Assembly (NCBI RefSeq): GCF_018977255.1
Contig: NW_024704742.1
Span: 66,404,001-66,468,000 of the forward strand
DNA length: 64,000 nt
Direction of reading: 5' to 3'
Origin: Callorhinchus milii
Lineage: Eukaryota
Shown here one piece after another: positions 51,358 to 64,000 of the stretch. The notes under the pieces are model-generated. The model saw nothing but the letters and a program-made list of their open reading frames with translations. It was not told the origin of the DNA and ran no database searches. Each line of letters opens with the position of its first letter. Position 1 is the first letter of the stretch. The position numbers were made by a program, and so were the translations under genes.

Positions 51358-51670
51358 TAATAAAAACAGAAGCTGCTGGGAACACTCAGCAGGTCAGGCA
51401 TCTATGGAGTGAGTTAACCTTTCAGGTCGATGAGCTTTCGTCAGAACTGGGGGATGTTGGAAGGAAGCAGTTTATAAGAACAAATGGGAAAGAAAGACAA
51501 AGGAAAAAAAATAGGTAGAGGATAGGAGATGATGAGATCAGAGGTGTTGATGGTGCAAGACAAAAGAAGGTAATAGTGGGAGATTATAGAAAGAAAAGAT
51601 GTGTCTGAGACCCAGAGGATGTGTGAATGGTTATTGAAGAGGGGAAAGGGAGAGGCAAGGCTGAGAGAAG
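51358..51670. mobile_element. Penelope-like pLTR arm plus purine-rich adjacent body
   Basis: AAAAACAGAAGCTGCTGGGAACACTCAGCAGGTCAGGC arm; minus strand reads AGTT-CTGACGA-AAGCTCATCGACCT-GAAAG-GTT-AACT. Confidence 0.65.
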
Positions 51671-51689
51671 ATAGAAGCTGTATTTCACG

Positions 51690-51848
51690 TGCCTTCACCT
51701 CCCCTCTCGACTCTTTACCCCCTCCTCGCTCCTTCCCTCACCCTGACCAGTTCCCCCCTGAGCGGGTCCCGACCCAACTGTCCAGCGCCTTGGGACGTCC
51801 TTCCGACGTGAAAGGCGCTCTATAAATGCAATCTTCTTGTTGTTGTTA
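51690..51848 (+). mobile_element. Young L2-type 3' tail
   Basis: GCGCCTTGGGACGTCCTTCCGACGTGAAAGGCGCTCTATAAATGCAA followed by (TTG)n. Confidence 0.65.
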
Positions 51849-52397
51849 AGATCTGAAAGGTGTTTAAGACCAAGATCCATCCAGTTTGCCTTCCACCATC
51901 CTGGCAGTCGCATGAATATCAATACTTAATATGCATGTTACAAATTAATAAATATTAAGATTTTTTAAATTTAGTCTCCTTTGTTGTTACTTTCTCCCCA
52001 CTGTTACATGCCTTTTAGATCATGGTCTGGCCACCTCTTACCACGGATACTGGTTGCCACTTGGTACCCCCTTTCGAGTGACTATTATTCAAATATGAGC
52101 ATTGGCAGTGAGTGTCAACAGGCCCCTCAACTTTGAAGGGAGCAACATCCAAGCCTGACTTCTCCTCACCCAGCTGCCACGCGCACACAACCAGCAGAGG
52201 TACCAGGAGCTGTTTTTCTGTCTCCTTGCCCTGGGATGGCATCTGCTAATTTAGCCCCCTCAGGCAGTCCCAGCTCCCCTTACAGCTCCATCCACTACAT
52301 CATCAGGTTGCGTACCTTTTTTAAAAAAAGTGAGCCTTTCAAATTTCAGTGCCCTGGAAACTGTTCATAGTCCAGATAATATGTTACAGTACTATGT

Positions 52398-52773
52398 GGA
52401 GTCCTGTAGCGTGTGGTTAGAGCACTTGCCTCACAAGTAAGAGGACCCGTCCCGTGTTTGACTCCTGGCAGAGTGAAACCATGGGCAAGTTTCCTTACTC
52501 CACACGCCTCTGTTACCTAGCAGTAAGTAGGAACCCGGTTTTTAGTCGACTGGTGGATTACTTTCTGTGGGTAATAATCATTTCAACAAATAAATAATAA
52601 TAATTTGTTCACTCAATCCACAACTGTTTGTGGGACACTGCTGTGTGCAATTGGCTGCCTTGTTTTGCCATCAAAAATAGTCATTTCACTTTAAAGTATT
52701 TTCTGTGAAACCCTTTGAGACGTTTCATTGATGTAATAAGGTGCCATATCAAATGCAAGGTTTATTATTATAA
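52398..52773 (+). mobile_element. Young tRNA-SINE, long version
   Basis: Head, CTCTGTTACCTAGCAGTAAGTAGGAACC segment, body and tail. Confidence 0.88.
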
Positions 52774-53814
52774 TAGAATTCAAAACAGTCTTGGATTCTA
52801 TCTGTGACCCTCTTGAAATTACACCCAGTTTGTGATGTATGCTTATAAGCTAGCTGCCTTTATACACCAGGGCAACTTTTGGCGTTTTGTTCTAATATAT
52901 AGTATCCAGACACTGAATTTTGAGCAGGATAGCTGATTCCGTGGGCAAACAAACTCACAGTTGGCACTGTCTTCTCTAATCAAATGCAAGGATTATTATT
53001 ATTATTATTATAATGTCAGTTCTCCAACCCCCATTATAATTTTTTGCACAAGTGAGACATTAATAATCACCATTGGAAACCTTCTGCAGGAGGTGAGAGC
53101 AGCGGCTGTTAGAACATGGAATGTTCTGCTGCAAGTGCCTATTAAAGTTAAGACCATAACATTTCAAAGAGGATTGGTTAAGTATTTGAAGAGAAGTGAT
53201 ATAAAAGTACACAGGGATTTAGGATTTGAGTACTTGGTGGCAATGGAGTAGCTAACACCAGCATAGATTGCATTGGCTGAACGACCTCCTGCGGTTTAAT
53301 TTCTATGAACTATGCATAAGGCTTCTTATCTCTGCATCTGTTATCGGCCTCCTCCTGACAGCCCTTTGGTCCAACCCCCAACTTATGGTTGTTAATGCCT
53401 TGTGTCTTGAGGTTAATTTTTGATATTTGCAAACTAGGCCCCATCATATCTAGCAGGGGAGCTTTCTGATTTCGGAGAGGGAAGGTACGAGGTGACAAGT
53501 GCTGAGACCAGGTGCTTCCCCGAGGAAGTGAAGGAGAATCTGACTAACTCCTTCTCCCCTTTCGGTTAGTGGCCAGAGCAGGTTATTTGTTGGCCCTTTC
53601 AGCCCAGGTGAGTTGTAAGGAAGTGATCCAGAAACCCAAAGTTTCTTAGGAATTTAGCCTTAAGGGCCATTCATTGACTTAATGTTTTTAGATTGTGCGG
53701 TATTTTGGTAGTTATAGAAAACAGCTTTAAATAATACTAATTTGGAAAACAATTTCTGAATTTAAGATCAAGTCCAGTCTGATACTCCAATGTAATGTTG
53801 GGTTTGGATAAGAC

Positions 53815-54510
53815 ATTAGAATCATATAATTATACAGCACAGAAGGAGGCCATTTGGCCCATCGTGTCTGTACCGGCTCTTTGAAAAGAGCTTCCAAATC
53901 AATCCCGCTCCCCAAAGCCCTGAAAACTTGTCCTCCCCAAATAATTATCTGCTTCTCTCTTAAAAGTTATTGAATCGGCTTCCACCACCCTTTCAGGCAA
54001 TGCATTTCAGATCTGAACAACTCGCTGTGTGAAAACATTTCTCCTCACCTCTTCTGTTTCTTTTAACAACTATTTTAAATTGGTATCCTTGGGTACCGAC
54101 CCACCCGCCAGTGGAAATAGTTTCTCCTTTTTCACCCTATCAAATCCCCTCATAATTTTAAAAGCTTCTATTAAGTCTCCTCTTAACCTTCTCTGCTCCA
54201 AGGAGACTAATCCTAGCTTCTCTAACCTCTTCTCATAACTGAAGTCCCTCATTCTTGGTACCATTCTGGTAAATCTCCTTTGCACCCTCTCCAATGCCTT
54301 GGCATCCTTCCTAAAGTGCGGTGCCCAGAACTGAACACAGTATTCTAGCTGAGGCCTAACCAGTGTTTTATAAAGGTTCATCATAACTTCCTGACTTTTG
54401 TATTCTATGCCTCTATTTATAAAGCCCAGTATCCTGTATGCTTTTTTTTAAAAAACAGCTTTATCTACCTGTCCTGTCACCTTCAAAGACTTACTTATAT
54501 GAACCCCCAG
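53815..54510 (-). mobile_element. CR1 LINE 3' fragment
   Basis: Minus ORF LYKTLVRPQLEYCVQFWAPHFRKDAKALERVQRRFTRM. Confidence 0.9.
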
Positions 54511-56391
54511 CAACTTCCTCTTGTCTTTCTCTTCCGATGGATGTTAACGATCCCGTGGCACTATTCAAAATAAGAGGCCCGGCCAACAATCTCTTAGATT
54601 AAACTTGGTAATTTTCTTCATGACTGTTTGTGTGCACGAATTGGCTGCTGGCTTCACGTATAAATAGTCGCTGCATTTCACAGTGGAAACCTGTGAAGTC
54701 CTGAAGTTAAAAACTGCTGTATCAAACTCAAGGATTATTATATAATTATTACTTAAACCAGTAGAATTCACTTCAGACAGCTGGTCTGATTTTGTGATGT
54801 CAAGCTAACGTCAAGTGCAGAATGTTGAAAGTGAAATGAGCAATCTGTTGCTTTCTGTTCATTTACATGAATTGCTAAACGTATTATTGAAAAGAGAATT
54901 TATTTTTATGTTTGTACAGACTAGGTCTGCACTTGAGCGTGAAGCGACCTTGTGGTTTTGCTAAGCATTACATATGTTTTAGCTAATACTTGCGCTAACT
55001 CACCAGTAAAGCCAGGTTTCCGAGCTAGTTTGTGATCTGATGGCTCTGCATAACTGGAGAAATTGGCTTTGGGGCCAGCATTCTTAGGCTTTAGAAAGAA
55101 ATAGGCCTTTTTATAGCTGCTATAACACCCCAGTGTCTCAAAGTGCTTCACGGTTATGTGCACAAACAATTTCCTGTGCACAAACATGCAGCCATTTTAT
55201 AGCACCACAAAGTCCCATAAACCATCATGGGGTGAATGACCAATTAATTTGAGGTTATTTACCAGGGCACCAGGAGTGAAAAGACCTTTTTAAATTGTAT
55301 CTGTCTAAGGCCATTAGTTGACCAACAAAATAAACATTTCTTGATTGAATATCTTGATTTATTTCTATGATTTTTTTTGGCCAACCAGGAAGTACCTCCA
55401 AGAATTCTGTGCTCTCCCATCACCAGGTTTCCGATTAGCTCAGTTGGTAGCTCCTTATCTCAAGTCAGAAGGTTGTGGGTTCCAGCCCCATGTTGGTACT
55501 TTGAGCTCATAGTCTACGCTGACACTCCAATTCTTGCATTTGATATAGTGCTTTATCAACTTGTTGAGATGTGGCACAGTGCTTCACAGAATATACTGTA
55601 ACACAGTATATTATAGTATTCGGCACTGGGGTGTTATCTAGGTTAATGAGCTCAAATCTGGATGTGGGATGTTAACCCACAACCTTCTGAGAGAGCTACC
55701 TATAAAAGCCAAAATAATGCTTATAAAACTTTATAAAAGCAGGAAAATGGGATCGGAGTTGACTTTAGCGAGGGGAATTAGCTGGGACTGACACGGTGGG
55801 CCAAATGGTCTGCTGTTGTGCTAACATTACTAATTATATCTGATGCAACGCATTTGCTGTGTCAATATTGCACAAACCAGTGCACAGTGAAAAACTGGTG
55901 CAAAGTCTCATTGTGTACGATTTTGTGATCTGTGGTTATAGGTGAGGCCACAGCATAATCTTTTATTGTCCTTCTGACAAAAGTCATAGATGCAAGTTTT
56001 ACAATGCTGTGACTAACATACACCAGATTGTCATCATTTCCTTTAAGTGTGGAAGCTCGTTTTGCAAATAGCTGATAATGAAGCTGCAGGAAGGCCACAA
56101 AGCGATTTGAGGAATGGAGCCTGGGGACACGAGCCAAAAGTTAGGAGTAAGAAGTCTGACCTGCCTTTCTTTACAGAGTTATGCAATTGTGAGCTGAGTT
56201 ACCAAGAAATGCCAATGAATTAAATTTTAATCCATCACCCTAAACCCTTTTAAACCTGTTTAATGTCTTTGATTATGTAGTGATTCACCAGCTCCCTGTG
56301 CCAGCAATCTCCAACAAATCACAATGAGATTTTTTGGTTGATTTTGGATCAGGGAAGAATATTAGCAAGGACACCTGGAGAAATTCTCTGT

Positions 56392-56570
56392 TGAGCGCAC
56401 TCGTCTTGCAAGTAAGAGGACCAGGTTTGATCCTTGGGCAGGGCGAAATCTTAGGCAAGTTTCTTTACTCCACAGATCTCAGTTCACCTAGATGTAAGTA
56501 GAAACAAAGTTGTTGATTGGTGGATCACTTTCTGGGCGCAATTATCCCTGAAAAAAAAACATTTGGTCTT
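56392..56570 (+). mobile_element. Truncated young tRNA-SINE, long version
   Basis: GGGCAGGGCGAAATCTTAGGCAAGTTTC..GTTCACCTAGATGTAAGTAG. Confidence 0.7.
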
Positions 56571-59500
56571 CATCCTGGAGTCCATCCACCTTACTCCCAC
56601 CTTTCCCTGTTTTCAAAGCCTGACTTACCTTATCTTTTTGACTGTGCTCTTGGGATTCCAGTCAGCTGCTTGAGCCCTTTGCGACATCCTCCCAAAGTAA
56701 AAGGCTGTATATAAATCTAAAACATTGAATGTATTTCAGGAAGAAAAAGGGTGATATAAGAGTGATATAACAAGAAGGTAAGTCGAGAATGATCAAAAAT
56801 GGCTGTTCTTAATGGTCATTTTCCTGAGCTAAAAGATGTTGGCATCAAGATGAGTTCTTTAGCCAGTCTGGATGTTCCCACCAGTTGCTGGTTTCCAACT
56901 GATGGGCCAGTGCCTTAATTCTAAACCCTTGGGGCTTGGATATGGCATTAAAACAGTTGTATTAAGCACCAGAAAGTTAGCTCTGTATTTAATCCTGTGA
57001 ATCTAATCATCTGCTTACATCTGACATTTGTAGCATTGCTCCTAACAATTTAGTGTTTCAATTTCTGAACATTGATGAACTTATTCCGTGACATGAACCA
57101 CGTGGTGCTGTTTTGAACTATGGAACTATCAGAATCTATTGCATTTGATCTAGAGTGTAACATCAGTGTCTCAAAGCACTTCACAGGCAATTGCTATCAA
57201 GTATATTTGTACTCGACGGGCATTTGTGCAGACCACAATCCTACAAAGTGCCTTGAGCTCAGTGATTTATTTCTCTGGAGGATTGTTGGGTACGACATTG
57301 GGAGAAACTCCCTTCTTCTAATATCTAACATGGAAGATTATATCCTGTTTCTGGAAGAAAAAAATTATTCTGAGAAAAGTGCAGGAAATGGTCAAGGGTA
57401 TTTATTTGTGGACCAGACAGCTTCTGTTACATCCACAATGATTCAGTCAAGTAAAGAATAATAATACTAATGCTTATTTGTTATAGCACCTTTCATGTCA
57501 GGATGTCCCAGAGCTCGTGATGGGATATACTGTAAAGTGCAGTGACTGTGTGCTTTGCGCAAACACAGCAGGCAGGCGATTTGTGCGTAGTAAGGTCTCA
57601 CAAACAACTATGAAGTGTGTGATCAATTTTATTTGGGAGATTGTTGGCCAGAACCTCAGGAGAAACTCCTCAGACTACAGAATGATAGGTGTTTTACATT
57701 GCAAGTTCCTTCTATTCAGGATATTCCTGAAACATGGCACTTGTAGCATGTTTGCAAACAGTATACATTTTCAGGTTTTGAGATGCAATGTTTTTAAACA
57801 AAAATTCTTGTGCTTGAAATATAAATTGGGAAAGCTGTAACTCTTTAAAATTATATAATAGTTGTTTCATTTCTTATAGCATCTACAATATGGAAACATC
57901 TCAAAGTGCATCAATATATGCTAAATATAGTTATGCAGGATTTTGGAAAACTATCCCAATTGTCGGAATTTGAAGTTGAAAAAAGGAAAATCTGCTTCCA
58001 AATTGAGACTGAATATGAGAATTATCTAACTATCTAATTGCCTAAGATTTATTAAACCTTAAAGTTTAAATTATTTTTGGACTTCTGGTGATAAATATGT
58101 AACAACCATGTTTTAAACAGTTTTCACCGCCAAATACCTTTTTCTTGGATGGAAGTTGATCTATATACAATTATTCACCCACATTTAATTTATAAGATTA
58201 AAAACTGAGTATTATTCAGGGTCTGTGATGGTTCAAGTATATCCCAAAACCTGCCTCATGCACACAATCTGATATGCACACATTCCGTGTACTGTCAGTT
58301 CAGCGAGTTGGGTATTCAGATCTGTACATTGCATTACACGTTGTATCGCGTATCTGATTTATCCCTGGGTGAGAAAATCAATCAAATTTGTTTTCCTGAT
58401 TTGTGAGGGTATTTTTTTTTAAATGTCACTTTATTACTGTCTGGCTTGTTTTCTTGATGTTCCAAAATAAATTTTGATTTTTTTTGTTAATGTTTGTTCC
58501 CTGATTTCTCTCCTATTTTTTGATGCAAAAAAATTTACTTTGAAAATTGCAAGTATAGCCACACAAACCAGGAGTTTATCGACTGAAGCAACTGAAGTAT
58601 TAACTTCATTCAATACGCTTGCAGAGATTGAAAGCATTGAATGCAAATACTGAAAGTACATCAATGCCACAAAAAGAGTGGGTGAATATCATAATCATTG
58701 GATTTGATTTAGCACCCATAACTCAGAGCTTCACAATTATTGCTGTTAAGTATAGTGACTGTATCATGCCCAAAAGCAGCAGACAATCTGCCCAGCAATG
58801 TTCCACAATCAGCTCACAACTGGTGAATAACCAGTTCATCTGGAGGATTCACAGCCAGTTACTGGGCAAAATGTCCTTTTTGATTAGTTATGGATATTAT
58901 TCTTTAATATCCACTTGCGATTGTAGATGGGGTCTTGGCTTAATGTTTCATCAGAAGTTACCACAGCTCTGCCAATGCAGTGATCTTGCAAGACGGCAAT
59001 GTAGGGTTAGTTTATAGACTCTGAGCTCAAAGCGGAGCTGAAACCCACATCCTTCTGACCCAGAATTAGTTAAGACTGTTAAATTGGCCAAACCTTGTGT
59101 ATAGATTTCATCGAAATTCTGTCTGGACAAGAGGTGTTAACCTCACTATAAAATGCTTATACTGCTTGCAGTTCTTATATGGAGACTTGTGCCTTGTTGG
59201 GCAGATGTGAAGGGACCGTATTTGGCATTAAAACAGCAGCAGTGTTTTGCCTGCAGAGGGTAGGGTGGAAACTCGTCCCTATTTCTGTTTCTTTTTCAAT
59301 TAAATCCATGGTTCAAATGCTGCCTTCTGCTGCTGTGCCATACATGTGCTGCTGTGGATGTAACTAGGTGATGCAGTAACAGCAGGCAACAATCAAACGC
59401 TGGGATTTAATTAAGAAAAATAGGTAATGGCAGAGCTGTTTCCCTCCTGCTTACACTATGCCACTAATCCTCGTTCCTTTGCCTCTGCCTGTGATCTGCT

Positions 59501-61059
59501 GCTTGGTTTCTCCCACCCAGCTGTTCTGTATGCCTCTTGAACAAAATCACAGCGAGAGATTTGAATAAAGAAAGCCATTGATCTTGTCCTTTCAGTCGCA
59601 CTACCAAACCCCCTTGTCTTCCCATTACAGGATTAAGCAGTTTCTTAAATGACTGTGGTGTCCTGGCCTTGACCAGATTCCTGGTAACTCATTCTAATGA
59701 TTGATTAACCTCTGCGTGAAGAAATGCTGCCTTCCCAAAGCTTGTCCTTCCCAAATCCCCTTACTATGAAATCTGCTCCAGTAAACTTGAACTTTGTAGT
59801 TTGAAGATGGGTTCAGGGCACCTTGTGCGAATTGAAACCATTCCCATACAGCAATTATCCTCTGGCCCTTTTTGTGTAACTGGTTTGTGTAACTAACATA
59901 GCCCGGTTCCGTTGGCAGCATTTGCCTCTGGGTCATAAGGTTGTGGGTTGAAGCCCCACTTCAGAACTTAAACTCACAGTTTAGGCTGAAGTATCATACT
60001 GATGTGGGTCAATTTCATGAATGTGGAAATACTTAATGGGCAATACTCAAGACCCTATTGCCCTGATTTTGAAATCTGTAGCCTTTTCCCATACTACAAG
60101 TCATTACCAAACGCTCTTTTCTGTGAAAATGCATTATTTGTTGCATTTTAATGCAGTTGCACAATTAGCTGGATATTTTGAGAACCTATTCCAGGCTAAA
60201 CAGCTGTCTGCATCAGTATACTTACAGCTATTTCCAAGGAGCCAGAGAAGGTTGGACAGTGTGATAGAATTGTAGAGATCGTGGGTGACTCACAGAAAAA
60301 TTGTAGTCGGTAATACTCTTGAACGTCAGAACATTTTTTAAGAATGTTTGATCCTCTGTTGTTTAGACAACCTTTCCTACCAGGACAAAGCGAAGATTAG
60401 CTTTAGCTTTCTTGAGCAATGGAGAAGAAACCTTAGACAGAGTTTCTATCCAGTAATCTCTCTTGCAGGGAAGTGTATGTCGGAACAAGTTTGACCATAG
60501 TTAAAACGGCCTATTGAGATTGACCGTCAAGACTTGCAAATTAAAGCAAGCTAGGTACCATGGGGCAGAAGGAGCGGAGCCAGTGGATGTATTTATATCA
60601 AGGTAGTACTGCCATCCAAGACAAAATGGATGCGGATGGGGGAGAAACAAGGCGAGACTAGTACTGTCAAATTAGGATTATTGCTTGGCTTATATAAATG
60701 GAGTTTTAGAAATCACTTCTTAATATTTGAAGATAAGTAGAATACTTAAGTGCCTTTTGAGTTCCTGCAGTTACTGTTGCGTGCTGTCAATGAAAGTGCA
60801 GTCATTGCTTTGCATGCTTAACGCATTGACTTTCATAGATGAACACCTTCATTAAGGTGGGTTTAAAAAAAAGTGTATGTCGTATGCAAATTGTCTGCAA
60901 TTTTTGCTTTCCTGCTCGTCTGCTATACTGGAGCTTTTAATTGTTGAGAAGTTTCAATATTCTGTCATCCAATTTTAAATTTTAGATCTGATGTTGTGCA
61001 TAACCTCACTGGAATCACCTTTGCAAGATTGACAGGAAAAAAATGGTATTTCAGTTAGT

Positions 61060-61370
61060 ATCCCAGCTAAGACCGAGGATAACTAAAGAGAAAGGTCTTG
61101 AGACTGGCCTAATGGAGGCAAGGGAGGGGGCGGGCAGAGGGGCTCTGGGATAGAGTTCCAGAAGGAGAGGGCAGAAAGGCTGAAGACCTGACCACTGATG
61201 GTGGAGCGGGCAGGGCGGGGCACGTGAGCAAGTGGTGCTCACCGAGCGGACAATTTGTAACACTAGTCGGTTGCAGAGATGAAGAGGAGCAAGATCCTGA
61301 AGGGCTTTAAAGTGAGGATGAGGATCTTGAACTAGAACCTCTGAGGGACTGGGACCCAGTGAAGCCGGGA
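61060..61370 (-). mobile_element. L2-type LINE fragment
   Basis: AAAGAGAAAGGTCTTGAGAC..GGGATAGAGTTCCAG..GAGGATCTTGAA shared with 21810-22530 and 35440-35540. Confidence 0.65.
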
Positions 61371-62749
61371 GGTTAGTGGAAAAAAATCATGTTCGACTGA
61401 GGGATAAGGTTGTGGGTTGAAGCCCCACTTCAGAACTTGGTGAACAACACAGCTGAATTAAGCACATTTTATAAATGCAGAAACAGCAAAACCTCTTCAC
61501 GTTGTCATTTGCAAAAGGTGCTCATTCCTGAAGTTCCTGTTTGGAAATTGAAAGTAGAAAGTGGCCAATTCTGGTTGTGTTCCGGATTAATGCGCACTGC
61601 AGAGTTCTCGTACGTTCGATGAGCCACACAGTTACTTAAATTAGCAATTGCCGCCTACAAAGGAAAATGAGTGGGTGCTTATTGAGCAGTTCTGAAGCAG
61701 CCTTGTTCTTCTCTTGGTACAAAGTCCTTGCATGTCCTTTTAAGAAATGACAGCTAACAGCTGGTGGAGTATATTAAACCAGCTTCTTGCCTGCCTGCAT
61801 CATTTCAGAGCTGAGTAAATAAATGTACAGTAAAAACGTATTTTGCAAAGCACTGTGCTTTGTGTGTGTGTGCCAAGTCAGTTCAATTGCTTATTTATCT
61901 CCCTTTACACATACACCTGTTGACTTAAAGCCTTCTTTCTGATACCAGATCAGGTGTCACAGACAGTGCATTCAGATGAATTGAATCATTGAGAGGGGCC
62001 ACATGGGGACATGTATTGATCAGACCAGCTGCTGAGGGATCTTTACCACAGACATATAGATCAGCTCCCCATAAAGGCAACAAGGACAAAAGGCTCTATA
62101 TGGGAAGCTTGAACAGGCATTTCTGGCCATCCTTTATATGCAGTTATGGCAAGAGGNTTTTTTGAAAATGTACAGTGACTGTAAGCTGCAGATGTTTTAA
62201 ATATCTCCCATGAACAAAATGAACAGTATTCCGGCACACACATGGTGATACTTAAAACTCTCCCTTATCACTCTGCCATTTTTTTAAACATGCCTAAAAA
62301 TTAGTCATGACAAGAATCCTGCTTAAACCTTCCAGACGATGCATGCATGAGAGAAAATGGAACAGAGTAGGAGAAGGAAGAGGAGTGATGGAGGCTTGTA
62401 TGGAGTATAAACACTGGCGCGGATTAGATGGGCTGAATGGCCTGTTTCCATACCCTATCACTCTTAAGTAATTCTGTGCAACTCTGTGAGCACTATAATT
62501 TTCATGGCTGATAATGATCCGTTACCATGTTCGGTGTGACATTTTTCTGAACATAGTGAGTGAGGAGGAAGTTACTGGTGTCAGACATTGTTACACTCGA
62601 CTCAATCGAAAATAAAAATTAATTGTAAGAAGAAAATCGGGGCGGTAACGGGACTTTGTGAACACCCTGTGGGTCATAATAATCCTTACACTTGATATGG
62701 GGGGAAGTTTGGGGTTAAGTTGGCTGCAAGGTGACGGGACTGATGATGG

Positions 62750-62880
62750 AAGATTGGAATGTGTCCTCTGTGGCAGTCTCCATAGTCCAATACATGAGCC
62801 AGGCCCCCCTCAGGACTCCAGGCCACTACTGATGGTGGACCAGCCAGGCTGGCTCATTGGCAGGAGTTGTGCCTTCCTTG
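62750..62880 (-). repeat. Family Y copy, more diverged
   Basis: CCTCTGTGGCAGTCTC...GCTCATTGGCAGGAGTTG parallels 44055-44160. Confidence 0.55.
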
Positions 62881-63834
62881 CAACAGCTCATCTGAAATTC
62901 CATTTGTGTGTGTAATGGGGATGTGGAACGTGTAAATGCTTCATTTTAATCTAACCCACATTGCTCAAGAACCACCACTAATAATCAAGCCTTGAATTCT
63001 ATGTGGAAAGTGCTCTTTGTGAAGCCTGTTTTTCTTATATTAAAAGGGTGCCAGAGGCACTACTCCTAGTGTAGTGGCTGCTGCACACCTTAATCATTGT
63101 GTGTTTGGAAGTAATCTACAGGGTCTCGGCTGCTTTGTTTTTTCAGCTCACAGCCCATGCCCTTCAGGTGAAACTTTTAATTGGATCCATGGAAGGTGCT
63201 CCCCAAGGTATAAAAAGCTGAGTTCAGTCTAATCTGATGAAATATGCATTAATTATATATATTAATTATATTGATTATATACAATCATTAATTGTAGAAC
63301 TTATTCATTTGTTGAAGTTGATCGATAAGACACTGAATAACCAAGGCTGCCAAGGATAGCAGACTTAATCGGGTGTCAAAATGATCTGTTTAATCTAATG
63401 CAGCTACATCAAGATCAGTTGTGGCGCACATTCATGCCCTGCAATTGATCAAGAGCAGACCCGCCACTAAAGAGCTGACATAATGAGCTATGAAATGCTC
63501 TGTGTGCTCCCTTTTAACTACACACCCGTATGTGCAAAACAATTTTTTTTGTTATTTGCTGATTGTTTTGGCGGTAAAACACCTGGCAGTGACACTGTCA
63601 TTTTGAACTGTGTTCGAGCAAGTGAGTGCTGCATGGGTAATGGGAAGTTCCACCAAATTTGGAACCTGTGAACTGTAGTCGTTCACATCGCAGTGTCTGG
63701 CTGTTCATCCAAACACTCCCCATAGGGCCAATATAGAAATAGAAATTTTCAGCACAGGAATAGGCCTTTTGGGATAGTAAGGGGTGCTATATAAATGCAA
63801 GTTGTTGTTGTTTCGGTCCTTTGTTGGTTTTATT

Positions 63835-63892
63835 TGGTGTCTCTGATGCATGCGGATACCCATCGCTGTGCTTAAGAGCATCTAAACCAGAT
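63835..63892 (+). repeat. Family X terminal fragment
   Basis: CTGATGCATGCGGATACCCATCGCTGTGCTTAAGAG matches the starts at 32125 and 39090. Confidence 0.65.
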
Positions 63893-64000
63893 GACAAACA
63901 TTTAACAATTTATATTTATAATTTATACAACTTCTTTAACCTCATTATCTGTTTCGATCCTCAGTTGTCCTTCCTAAATCCTTGTATTTAATATTGTGCC

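Noticed and set aside
43427..64000. Final FAM53A coding exon (expected to begin like TLKNSKSLCSL)
   Set aside because: Not recognised by eye or in the ORF track; probably downstream of the window.

Overview
Eukaryotic (vertebrate) genomic DNA, not prokaryotic. The repeat content (Deu-type SINEs, CR1 and L2 LINEs, palindromic Penelope-like repeats) suggests a cartilaginous fish; that is an inference. The window holds the 5' part of one large plus-strand gene, FAM53A: a CpG-island promoter (1-1600), a probable non-coding exon 1 ending at 1569, and three coding exons (26023-26100, 38523-38577, 42612-43426) that splice in frame into 316 codons. No final coding exon was recognised, so it probably lies beyond the window. 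The introns are mostly retroelement debris, and nearly all listed ORFs are spurious or decayed LINE ORF2 pieces. Most interesting: minimal hammerhead-ribozyme motifs inside palindromic Penelope-like repeats; inverted repeat pairs bracketing the start-codon exon and the large exon (circRNA/dsRNA potential); a young tRNA-SINE in two structural versions; unclassified old repeat families; and signs of a divergent minus-strand transcript with a possible 9-codon first coding exon. No clearly novel multi-gene system is evident. Repeat boundaries are approximate and all family assignments are from recall, not database searches.
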